Shown here: piece after piece, positions 1-11,628 of the stretch
Layout: every line of letters starts with the position of its first letter
Position numbering within the stretch: the first letter of the stretch is position 1
Source: Squalus acanthias
Taxonomy: Eukaryota
Assembly (NCBI GenBank): GCA_030390025.1
Contig: CM059439.1
Span: 35,960,001-36,024,000, forward strand
Direction: 5' to 3'
Length of the DNA: 64,000 bases
Position numbers and translations under genes: made by a program
The notes under the pieces: model-generated
What the model was told of the DNA's origin: nothing
Seen by the model: the letters and a program-made list of their open reading frames with translations, nothing else
Database searches by the model: none

Positions 1-1655
1 CAAACCCACCTTGTTCCAGCTGGTGAGTTAAGTTAAAATCAGGGCTTTCATTTTTGATTAAAATAGCTGCGGATTCCACATTTAAAGCAATATAAAGGGT
101 GTGTGCCAGGCCACCTATGAGCTAATTGAACATGCATTTATAATGAGGTCCCAATTGACCCTTTGAGTATCTCATTGCAATTTTAAACATCTGCTATATA
201 ATGATTCCGAGTATGTGTTTTATGCAATACTGCAACATCTACCTGCGGGATATTACTTCGAGGTAACAAGTGATAAGTGACTGTGGGGCAGATGTGCAGC
301 AAGATACCAGTAAAAAAAAAAGTGGTTTTTTTTCTGATCAGGCAGGTGTCTGGCACACACAGAAACCTATTCACTTTGAAACCTTCAAAACAAGCAGCTG
401 AGAAATCCATGCAGGTAGTTTCTTATTGCCTTATACCAACTGAATTACCTTTCCATATAGACACACCACTTACCCAAAGTCCAGACAGCTTAGGGACAGG
501 TTGGTAAGAGTCAAGGTTTAGTGACCCCCCAAGTGTGCACAGCGGTATTGTGGGAATTTGCAACCATGCAACTTCACAGCATATAGCACTGTTAAGCTTG
601 CCACTACTTAGGACCAACCTACCCATCAGTGTATTGGCTTGCAGGAAATCGCAGGGCTGGGATACTTCGAGATGAGGTTGCAACAAGCAGCAGCATAGGT
701 TACATACAAAATCACGAAGATAGTTACTATAGAACAGAACTGGCTGTTTAAAGCAGTTATTTACAAATTTATATTTTAGTTGATTCTTTTCCCCCCTCAA
801 CATAAGGGATTCCACTTCAAAAGCACTTTTATTAGCCAGCATCAGGCACTCCCAAGGCAGCTGTAGCCTCAACAGATGCAGAGCAAAACTCCTCCTAATC
901 TGGGTTCAAAACAATTTAGGAGGGGAAATCGGAGGCAAACAGAATACTTTCTGTTGAAAATGTTTGTATCAACTCTCATAAAAAGAATTTAAATGTCCCC
1001 AACCATTTGTACTTTCACAGCTACTAAGATTTCACATCGCCACTTCTCTCTAGACTCACTCTGATGTCATCAGACTAGAGGATGGGCCATATACATCCCA
1101 AGAGTGTCACCTGTTCCAGAGACCAGCCTAGGGTTAATCTAGATTTGCCCAACCCCCCAAAAAAACTATCCGCCAAGTACTACTGTATACTCAGCTGCTA
1201 AAGAGCGGTGTGTCATGCCCCAAGGCAGTTCTCATTAAAATCAAGTGAAGCTGTTGAGTCACATGCTGCTTGCCTCATGGCCTACATACATTCGGAACCG
1301 CTCTGGAGGAAAGCAGAATTTGAAATGCTTACCACCATATGTGGTTTTTCATTTGGCATTTTCTTAAGAGTTGAGTCCTTTGTGTCTGTACAACAATTTC
1401 TCAAAAGGAAATGCATTGAAATGGAATCCATCAACTGTAGCACGGACAAATCTCCCACAAATTTGACCCAATGGTTACTGGGAGCACAGAAAGATGCAGA
1501 AAAACTCGACAGCGTTACCAACGGGCACCTCAGATTTCTCAAACATAGCTCAGCAACTCTGGTTCAGGAAGTGAGCAGTAACTGCATTCAAATTTCCGAG
1601 TAGAAGAATCAGGCCTAGCAATTTGATAAGGCCCGAAAACAGGCGATGCCACTGC

Positions 1656-3259
1656 AGGGAGAGATTTGCTTGCGCCCATTAAAATAAAAGATCACAGGCA
1701 GCATGTTATTTTGTTGCCGCCTGCTGATTTGAATGATTTCAGTACACAGCCGAAGCAATGAACACAATGCTTCAGGTTGTGCGCTCAGCAGGAAGCCCAA
1801 TGTCACGTCGCTGCCATTTCTTAAAGCAAGGCTGTCATTTTAGAAAGCATTCTCAAGCTCTGAAAAAAATTAAAAATCATTCAAAATAGGCAATCTCTAG
1901 CTCTTAAAGCTTCACTGCCTTCTGCACATCAAAAAAATGGTAAAAATGCTTCAGCACTGACACAAATGGCTCAACTGGCCAGGGAAGGGGCCAGTAGATA
2001 CAAGATGCTGGTATCCTCATACGTTATCCTCCTTCTCACATCCCACTTCCCCTTCATCCCACAATCTCTTCTGATGTACAAGCTGCGCAAGGTGTAAGCA
2101 TGCAGCTCTTGCTTTCCTGCCCTCCCCTCACCACAACTCTGCCCTTGTGCCTTTCTCATTTTAGACACCCAAGAAATCGTGCCTGCCCAGCCAGTGGTTG
2201 ACCAAGAAGAGGGAGGAGAGTGGAAAAGAAACACCATCACTCGCTTTGACACTCCCAACCACCAGCTTCTCAAGGCTGTCCTGCAAGGCCATCTGCAGTC
2301 TGAAAGTCAGTAGCCTTCCACCAGCCATGCTGCAGCCACTGGGGTAACACTGTACAAGAGCACTGGGATAGGCAAAGGCACAATTGCAAGGCAATGCACA
2401 AGGGTGATTAGTTGATTTTTTGATGTAATATTGGATGCATATATGGATAAAGTTGGATTAGAAAGTTTGCTTTATGGTGGCTTTTATTTCAGCATTGTGG
2501 CCAAGAGGACGCTGTGATGGTCAATAACAGAGGGAAGGTAAGGTGTGGGACAAAATGTTGAAAGGGGAATTGGGGTTGTGGTCACTGGTACCCCGGCCAG
2601 AAAAGGGCTCACTGGGTTGCCTCCTTCCTTCCACATCCTCCTCTTCTGAGCCCTCCTCTTCGGCTTCCTTCTCCCTCTGCGAGCAGCTTGTCCCCTTTGC
2701 TGCGTCGCCTCCATCTCCATGTGATGTTGCAGCCCAAGGGGGACTGCAACTAGAGCCCCCAGGACTGGGAACAAGTGATCTTCAGGGGCCTTCCTTTAAT
2801 ATCCAAAGCCTTGCAAGCATCCAGCAGCACTCTCTGCACACTTACAGCTTTGTAAAATGTATTGCACCAATCCACTGCTTTCAATAAAATTTTAAAAAAC
2901 ACTCCCAATAGCTGAAATTGAAACTTGAGGGGTGTGTCCCTTTAAGAAGTGCTGCCAGCATCTCTGCAGTACTGCTGCGCACACGTTCTTCCGTGCGTGT
3001 TTAGGACAGGGATTTATGGCATGTGGCGATGTCCAAAATCGCAGTCATGTGTCAAATCAGGCATTGCACACCGATTGAAGTCACGATCCGCACATTTGCA
3101 TTGGAGAGGTGAGCGCTGGCAACGTCCCACACCAGAAGCAGGCAGAAGTGAGGCGGCTGCCATTTTGTCAAGAAAATGGCGTTAACGGTCGATGCTAAGG
3201 TTGGGAATTTCCCGGCATCAGTTTCAGATGTTGACACTGAATGGGTGAAAAATCCCCTA
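1656..3259 (-). mobile_element. Degenerate PIF/Harbinger-derived element
   Basis: The minus-strand peptide GALVAVPLGLQH...RRGRR resembles Harbinger transposase N-termini as I recall them, and ALQDSLEKLVVGSVKASDGVSFP resembles the start of the Myb/SANT partner. Boundaries are approximate. Confidence 0.45.
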
Positions 3260-3379
3260 ATGGGAAAAGTGGTACGAATGAAACTTTGCTGCTGGTTTTG
3301 TAGATACCTGGAATTGCCGATGACAAGCAAGTCCAATTTTTCCCAGAATTCCTATTCTTCGGAAATGAAAAAGCCCAGC

Positions 3380-3990
3380 CATCGCCTCCTGGCCTTCGAT
3401 GGAACCACCATCACCAGGTCTCTCACCATCAACATCTTGGGGGGTCACCACTGACCAGAAGCTTAACTGGACCAGCTATATCAACACCATGGATAAAAAG
3501 CAGGCAGAGGCTGGGTACTCTACAATGAGTGGCTCATATCCTGACCGCTGAAAAACTCTCCATCATCCGTAAGTCTCACGTCAGGAGCGTGAAGGAATAC
3601 CCACCGCTCGCCTGGGTGGGTGCAGCTGCAACAGTCAAGAAACTCAACGCCATCCAGGGCAGAGCTGGCCACTTAAGTGGCCCTCATCCCATGATTTAAT
3701 ATCCACCTCCTTCACCACCGGAAAACTCAAGCTACAGTACGTACAATTTACCAGATACACTGTATTAACTCAATAAAGTTATTTAAACATCACCCGCTCT
3801 GCAAACTACCAGAGGACAACAGCAGCAATGTTGTGGGAATACCATCACCTCTAAGCACACACCATCCGATCCTTCATTGTCACCGGGTCAGTATCCCGGA
3901 ATTCCCAATCTAATACCATCATGGGAGGGCTGCAGCAGTTCAAGGAGGTGGCCCATCACCACCTAATCATGGCAACTAGCGACAGATAAT
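3380..3990 (+). mobile_element. Degenerate non-LTR (CR1-group) LINE, end of ORF2
   Basis: Frameshifted ILGVTTDQKLNWT...VRSVKEYPPLAWVGAA...KKLNAIQ, typical of the region C-terminal to the RT domain. Confidence 0.7.
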
Positions 3991-4084
3991 AAAAACAGTC
4001 TTGTCAGCATTCTTTATAAAATAGTAACTAGATTATTTAAATTTGAAAGGCTAGGGGGAATGGGGGGGGGGGGGGGCGGTCATG

Positions 4085-4523
4085 CATATAAATTACACAA
4101 AAGGAAGAATTAGGGCAGATGTCGGGCTGTTCTTTTTCCAGAGAATAGTAGACCTACGGAACAAGTTTCTGGCTTGTGCGCCGAACGCTGATTCACTGTA
4201 TACCTTCAAGAGGGAGTTGGACCGGTTCCTGGCTCGGGCAAATATTGCATCATACAAGAGGTAGGTACCAATTAACACAAGTCAGGGTCAATGTGGTCTC
4301 CTTGACTAGTTTCAAAGTGCCTAGAGGGATCACAGAGGAATTTTCCAGATTGTTTCCCCTAATTGGCCGTGGCTATTTGAGCTGGTTTTTCGCCTCTCCC
4401 AGGAGACCACATGGATCCTAGGTGGTAGAGAATCTCTTGACCTGATGCATCAGGCATCACGACTGTATGGGATAGGCTAGATGGACCAGCTGGTCTTTTC
4501 CTGTGCTCATTTTCCTATGTTCG
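4085..4523 (+). mobile_element. CR1-type LINE 3' end
   Basis: FFFQRIVDLRNKFL...SLYTFKRELDRFL is a CR1 ORF2 C-terminus. Its 3'UTR is shared with the copy at about 33130-33330. Confidence 0.75.
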
Positions 4524-5156
4524 CACAGCCAAGAACAAAATGAAAAAGTGCATTTCCAGCCATCTTCACAACTTGTTTATCCCAGCATCAATTATATGTA
4601 ATTACCAAGCTAGACAACAAGCCTAAAGTTCATAACTGAAGAGAGATTGCCACTAAAAGTGGAGATACTTGAACAGTATCACAGCAAACATTTCTGGACA
4701 GCATTATTAAATTGATCTCCATGCCACTTAAGATAATACACCATTTGTCCACATTGCAGAGGGGTGTATCAAAGATCTCTCTCTTAATTACATCCAATTA
4801 AAACCAGAAATGAAGTGAGACCAAGAACACTTCCTTGGAGGAACTCTAGTTAGGAAGACAAACTTGCATTTACAGTATCATTTACAACCTTTTGAGAAAT
4901 TGGCATTTCCAGTTGAGTATTTCACCAGATAATCCAGAAGAAGTCTATTTCTCAATACGGTTAGGATGTCATAGCCTTCTAGAAGCTCCAGCAACATAAA
5001 GGTCCTCCAACCTCATGCTGAGTACCGAGAGAACTTCATTTCTGAACCATAAGAATGAGAAATACAAGGCAACCACTTTGCTCTGAAGCCAATTTGGCAA
5101 TCAGATAGCAGTTTCTTGATTAAGGTTTCCATAATTTTTTTTTTTACATAATTGGC

Positions 5157-5500
5157 AACAACTTGCATTTATCCAACACCTTTAATGTAGATAAACAGCA
5201 AGGCAAAAAAAAAAAATGGATGCCACACCAAAATGGGCGATATTAGAAGGGGTAAACAAAAGCTTAGCTAAAGAACTGTGCTTTAGGGAGGGTCTGAAAG
5301 AAGTATGACCATTCAACCCGAGGATGAGTTGAGGGACTGGAAGTCAATGTACATCGGAGAGGGAAAAAAAGGTGATGGGTACGTGGGGCTTGGCCCAGGA
5401 TAGAATACAGGTAGCAGACTTTTGATGAGCTCCACTTTATGGAGGGGGCGAGGAGAGGTTGGCCAGGAGCAACACTGCACTTCAATCATATGCTTAAAAA
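5157..5500 (-). mobile_element. L2-like LINE 3' fragment
   Basis: Has the AACAACTTGCATTTAT tail and body shared with the L2 at 56806 and the fragment at 61508. Confidence 0.55.
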
Positions 5501-6008
5501 AGGGGGACTGAAGATGACAAAACTGATTCATTCAGTGATTCCACACAGAGTGGTAACTTACCATGATGCATCTTTTATCTAATAAATCTTCAGTTTATTT
5601 CTTGTGAAGGGCAGCATGGTTCTTTGCATTCAATTCCCAGTCCAAACTTTTCAATGCATGCTGTGCTTACAGACAATGCTTGCCTCAGAAGTAAAATAAA
5701 AGCTTGCACACGTGAACCATCCCCATCATCAATTCAGTGCTCAGGGCAGGGGACAATTGTGCTCCAATCACTCTTATGAATAGTGATTACAGATGATATT
5801 GCATTATTCCTTGCCAACTGCATGATTACACTCCATTGGTCATTACTGCCCTTAGACAGGTCAATACCACAAAGTGTTGCCATGTTGCAAAGAATGCAGA
5901 GATCCCAGATACCACAGGAACACAGTTTAGGATTTGTTCTGCACAGGGAAAGCCAATCCAGGCAAGTCCTTTCTTGGCAGATGTATGCAATCCAGCTCAG
6001 AAGACATA

Positions 6009-7634
6009 GGCTGGAATTTGCCTGTAGTTCAGCGGGCAGGATCGGTGGCGGGTCGGGTGGGAAAGTGTTTTTTTTTGACAGCGGGTAGGGACCCAGCTGT
6101 CAACCCGCCGCTGCACGCCTTTCCCAATGTCGGGTCTGTCGGCACTGAGCAGACACGACAGGCAGCGGCAGGCAACCCAATTAATCTCATTAACATCTAG
6201 TTGACAGATCACTAACAGGCTTTTTTAAATTTCCCTTTTCACTTTAACTCCATGGCCATGGGAACCATGCTGTCAACCTGAGGCGGGAGTTCAGTGGCCA
6301 TTGCTTCAGCTGATTACTTCACAGCTTCAAATGTACAGTAAAAGCTCCCCAGACAGATCGTCACTTTCCTCAGCCACAAGCTGTTTCTCAGTCCATTTCC
6401 AGCAGATTTTGCAGGCTTTCCACTTTCCATCCAGTATCACCTCTTTGGAAGAACTCTCTCACCACTGTCAGAATGCTTCTGTCATCTGTACTTTACTTGC
6501 CATCTATTCCATCAACATGGGTGCCCTTTATACTGTCTCACCTTGGTCCTCAGAATCCAACCACAATCAGCCCAAACACCAGCAGCACCAACCTTCTCAA
6601 GCACCTGATGCTGCACAGGATACAGGGCATCAGCCCCGAGCACATTGCTGCCCTGGGGAGGCCAGATTTACTTCACTTGACGCTGTACACCCTGGCTGCC
6701 ACATGATGCGCGCCAGGTTGGCACCACCCCACACCAACACCATATAACATCCCTACAATGTCCAAGCCATTCCTTTCACACTCATCACCATTGTGGGGGT
6801 ACCGTTATGTCTCACCATTCACTGCAACTCACTAAGCCACTTCCAAAAGGTGCACACAAATCTGTCCAAGAACACAGTGTTGAAAATAAAGGTTTCAATG
6901 TTTGACAGCACATTAACAGAAACTTTACATGAACATTGGATAAAACACCCAAGTGGCTACCCTTGTGTGTTGTTAGTTGGTATGATTGCACTAGGATGAG
7001 GGGGAGTGTGAGGGGTGGCTAGTGAGATGGGGAAGTGATAATGTAGAGAGGGATGGGTGGAGGTACAAGGTAAGTTGGTGCAAAAATGCACAGGGGTAGG
7101 GTAGGGAAGGCAGAGTGATGGGGGATGTGATGAGAGGCACAGCAGGATGAAGGCGAGTGTGGCCTCGTACTAATGTTTCAGAGATCATTGAAAGGTTTGC
7201 GGCACTGCACCCAGGTCCTCCCGACGACATCCCTACTTGTGACCTCCTCTACAATGTGCAACCAGGCTGTGTTGGTCTCTTGGGGCGGTCTCTTCCGCCT
7301 ATCGGAAAGGAAGAGGACCTTCCTGCGTGCGGTCATGGGAGAACCTGGGTGCAGCCCTGCACCTCTGTGCAGTGATTGTCAGCGTTTGCAGCACTTCAAT
7401 GCTGTAGAACACACAGCGCAAATGTTAATAGAAAGTTGGCCATGGTCCCTTTAAGGAAACTGGCTGATGACGCGTCATGAATGACATCACCAGACCCGCT
7501 TCCTCTAATTGGACCGGGAAACACACTGGGCGGGCTTAACAAGCTCCATCAGCGTAAAATAATTTTCCAGAGCGGGATGGACCCTCCACCGACGTCACCG
7601 CCCTTGTCCCACCGAGGTAAGGAAAGTTTCGGCC
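6009..7634. mobile_element. Internally deleted PIF/Harbinger DNA transposon
   Basis: Imperfect TIRs (GGCTGGAATTTGCCT vs GGCCGAAACTTTCCT on the other strand) and an ATA TSD on both sides. Minus-strand Myb/SANT remnant RAAPRFS...RRKVLF...AWLHIVEEVTSRDVVGRTWVQCRKPFNDL at about 7180-7358; putative transposase N-terminus on + from about 6517. Confidence 0.8.
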
Positions 7635-7894
7635 ATAGACACTGCATGGTCTGAAATTGGGAGTTTTTTTAAAAAAGTAAAGAATTAACTATTATTTAGC
7701 ACAACTGCAATGCTTTTTATACTTTTTTTTGTATGTACAGTATTGAGAGTCTATTCAGTTTTAGACTTCGTTAAATGCAGCAACCGGAACTTGATATACT
7801 GATACAAATAGTAGCTTCACAGCTCAAAGTGGTCATTTGCAATCTATCAGTGGAAGTAGGACTTTTCCAGCGTTATTACCACACATAAGACAGA

Positions 7895-7988
7895 CAGACT
7901 TGCATTTATATAATGCCTTTCATGTCGCCCCAAAGCGCTCTACAGCCAAGGAAGTACTTTTGAATGTAGTCACCATTGTAATGTAGGC
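7895..7988 (-). mobile_element. 3' fragment of a SacSINE1-like SINE
   Basis: Matches the 3' end of the copies at 29966 and 61581. Confidence 0.6.
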
Positions 7989-8904
7989 TAAGTATCTCCA
8001 TTACTGAGGAATATCTACTCGCTCACACCAAGGATCTTTCCCACAATTGAAACAAACATAGTATCCTACTATTCCCCATTACATACATGGCATAAATGTA
8101 AATACAAAACAAATTTGAAATTGATTCAAACAAGACTTCATCCATGAAAGCAACTGAACTCAAAAGAAATGCTCCTTTACATTAGGAGGTGATGACGTCA
8201 CAACAGATGTGACATCAGTGCATATTACGACATTGTAGAAAAACAAATTATGGAATGTGATAAGACACATGTCCAATTACCAATAATACTGAATTGCATC
8301 AAATTTCTTTAGAACATCAGAGGAAGAATTGCGAACAGGGCAAGCTGTGCTGGGGACACATGACTTAGTACCTTAAATGAGCAAACTTTTGCAGATAATT
8401 GAGAGAAATATTCAGTGAGATGCAAATCCTTCCAGGTTATACACCCTTTAACTCATTTTTTTAAATTAGATTGTTTGAGGTTTCCTAGAAGGAATTTTTT
8501 TTAAAATCCGAACATTCCTTGCAAACTTCCCAAATATACAAAAAGTTTTAAAAATCATTTCAGACTTTTAAACAGTCAAATTAATTTAAGTAACCCATTT
8601 ATCGTTATTATAGTGAACATTCTGATTTGCAATGAGGGTTAACTATGTGGATATTTCCCCCTTCAAAATGGAAATCATCTCCTGCATAAATGTTAATAGT
8701 TCCCGTGTTATACAGGCGCATAAATGTTTCCATGGTGTATCCTGTATGTATTACTGAATCCAATAGGGTTATAAAAGTATCTCATGAGATTTTGCACGGT
8801 GCAGATTCTATAGGAGCATCCTTGAATTTTTCCTTCCAATATGAAGCAGGACATCATGAACATAATCAGCTGTGCAAGAGGAGAAAGTAGTAAGTGGAAT
8901 AGGT

Positions 8905-8964
8905 TTTATTTTTGTTAAAAAGTTAAACCCTTCACACTGATTCTGAACAAAATACATTTTTATT
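8905..8964 (-). terminator. Tandem candidate distal polyadenylation signals
   Basis: AATAAA on the minus strand at 8959-8964 and 8905-8910, following a U-rich tract (about 9006-9028). Confidence 0.45.
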
Positions 8965-9432
8965 CTGCAAGATAGATGAATAATATGAAGTTATGGCAAC
9001 TTGACAAAAAAAAGGAAAAAAAAAAAAATCACAAAAATTCTGAAGACAGTAGCAGTTACTGTGTGGAGAGTGAAACACAGAGTCAATGTTTATAATGCAG
9101 AAAATCCCATACATGCTGTGACCAGTTATTGGTGTCACAAAAGACTCAGCTGCAGACTAGGAACAGAGTTTTGCACAACTGATACAACCTAGTGCAGTAT
9201 ACAGTTATCTGTAAAGTATAATATACCAGGACTGGGAGCAGATGCTACTCTATTAGTTGTAATGCACGATGTGACCTTTTCTTGTAAGCTACATAAGTTC
9301 ATATTAAACTACACCATTTACAGACAGAACAAAGCTGAATTACACAGATACAACAGTCAACATACTTAAGTTACATGCTGGGTTTTTATCTTTGAAAAGT
9401 GCATGAAAGTTCTGCATGAAATATTTCCTTTA

Positions 9433-9499
9433 AGAGAAAGAGCGAGAGAGAGAGAGCGAGACAAAGGGCGAGAGAACGACAGAGACAGAGGGAGAGACA

Positions 9500-9570
<71 letters not shown>

Positions 9571-9742
9571 AGAGAGCGGGCGAGAGACAGCGCGCGTGAG
9601 GGGGGAGCGAGGGAGAGAGCGCGGGGGCGAGAGAGAGAGCAAGCGCGGGGGCGAGAGAGAGCGGCGAGAGGGGGGGCGAGAGAGAGCGGCGAGAGGGGGG
9701 GCGAGAGAGAGCGCAGGGGGCGAGAGCGCGAGGGAGATGGGT

Positions 9743-9774
<32 letters not shown>

Positions 9775-10065
9775 GCGAGAGAGAGCACACGCGCGAGGGG
9801 GCGAGAGCGAGAGAGGGACGAGCCAGCGAGAGACGGGCAAGAGAGAGAGGAGCGAGCGGGGGCGAGAGACAGGCGAGGGGGGGCTGAGAGTGAGGGGGGG
9901 CGAGAGTGCGAGAGAGAGAGGGGCAAGCACACGCAACAAAGAGCGAGCGAGCACGAGAGGCAAAGAGCGAGAGACAGAGTGAGAGAACGAGACACAAAGA
10001 ATGAGAAAGAGCGAGAGAGTGAGCACGAGACAAAGATCGAGAGAGAGAGAGAGAGAGAGAAAGAA
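9433..10065. repeat. Compound (GA)n / GA-GC-rich microsatellite
   Basis: Pure (GA)n at about 9504-9565, flanked by degenerate GAGAGAGCGGCGAGAGGGGGGGC-type units. Confidence 0.95.
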
Positions 10066-11379
10066 GTGAGAATGCACAAAAATGTCTTTTGACCCCACTG
10101 CCTGGAACAAATCGTGTAAAGCCTTCTGTCCTGCAGAGAACCAAAACAATCCAATTTATAATAAAAAATTAAAATGATCAAAGAATATAATCATTCAAAT
10201 AAAGCAAGTATTATCAGGATAGAACTTTTAAAGTGTTTGTAAAATGAACTTGAAAACACACTTTGCTGCACCTAGCTTTTCTTAAAACAAAAATGTGCAA
10301 ATACAATACTGACTAAAAGGCATAAAAAAATAATCTCGGAACACTTTAAGTTAACAATTGGTGACTATGCCATTGGAACCACTGTATTGCTCCAAAATAA
10401 GGAGTTTCTACTAAGGCTGGGAATTCTTTGTCGTCAACTTATTATAAATAAGTGTGCTTTCTCCACAAGCGTAGGAAACACAAATACTACAAAAAAAAAA
10501 TTAGTTACCAGGGGATGATGATGCAGTAAAATATCCAAATTTACTTCTTCCCCCACCCCCGCCCCAAAACAAGTCTGGAATCTGGGTTCAAAGTCCAACA
10601 GCTCAAAGTGCAACCGAATTAAATTTGAACAGTCTCAATCCAATAGACGTGAATGTTGAGCTCAACACTACTTTCAAATTCAATGCTGAATTAGCAACTT
10701 GGAAAGGCTGCAGTGAATTGAAGTCAAAGACACTTCCAATGTTGGGATTTAGGAATACCGTAATGTGGTAGTGTAGAGCTTTGCATTTCTAACCGATTTG
10801 GGAGGGCTTGTTGTGGTCACTATGTAAGTGGGGGAAATATAGCTGCTAATCACAAATAATATTGAAAATGCAAAGAATCTAAGATCGTTGCATACTGTAG
10901 ATATCAGTATCAACACTTTCCTTACTTATTAGTAAAAGGATAATTTACTGACTCAAACAAATCTCTTCACCTTACATCTCTAGGTTTCCTCATTTTGGCA
11001 GCCCTGCATTATGCTTTGAATTCTATACACAACCGCCTATTTTACACACCACAAACAAGCAACCTTGGGGGGAGGGGGAAAATAGTCATACATGGTATTA
11101 AAAAACACAGCAACCACTAGTCATGTAGGTTTGCTTGTAACACTTTTTTTAATTAAGTTTTTGTGCTCATCAAGAGGACAGGTATCAATATTGAGAATGA
11201 AAACCGTTTCCCATTGTTGTCACCCTCGGTCAGCATCAAGCAGTCCAAAGTCAGGTATAACAGGCCAGATGCAGAGTAAAGCTCCTTTTGCTTTGCCTCA
11301 ATGTTCCTTTACGGTCAACCTCCTACGTTATCAGTCTGAAATTTTAATTTATTTCATTTCCAATACCAAAATCATCTTA

Positions 11380-11628
11380 CAAAAGCAAAATACTGCAGAT
11401 GCAGGAAATCTGAAATAAAAACAGAAAATGCTAGAAATACTCAGCAGGTCGGGCAGCATCTGCGGAGAGAGAAACAGAGTTAACATTTCAGGTCAATGAA
11501 GGTCATCGACCTGAAACCCATCATCATCGACCAGAAACCAATCATCATCGACCTGAAACATTAACTCTGTTTCTCTCTCCACAGATGCTGCCCGACCTGC
11601 TGAGTATTTCCAGCATTTTCGGTTTTCA
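11380..11628. mobile_element. Penelope-like element terminus arranged as an inverted repeat
   Basis: Arms 11418-11499 and 11545-11626 are reverse complements (6 mismatches in 82 nt). The sequence is homologous to the Penelope 3' end at 19950-20080. Confidence 0.85.

Noticed and set aside
1208-1603. 131-aa + strand ORF
   Set aside because: GTG start, no recognisable domain, and no in-frame link to the acceptor at 1020.
8600-8890. Strong minus-strand acceptor (TTTCTCCTCTTGCACAG, 8870) just beyond the poly(A) signals
   Set aside because: No recognisable protein in any frame. Splicing from exon 9 would hit TGA at once. It may simply be a downstream pyrimidine-rich element.
9366-10181. Long overlapping ORFs (SLSLSL / ERERER)
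   Set aside because: Artefacts of the stop-free GA microsatellite; open in many frames on both strands.
11503-11559. Regularly spaced direct repeats resembling a mini-CRISPR
   Set aside because: 21-nt tandem units with about 6-nt linkers inside a Penelope terminus; vertebrate DNA with no cas genes.
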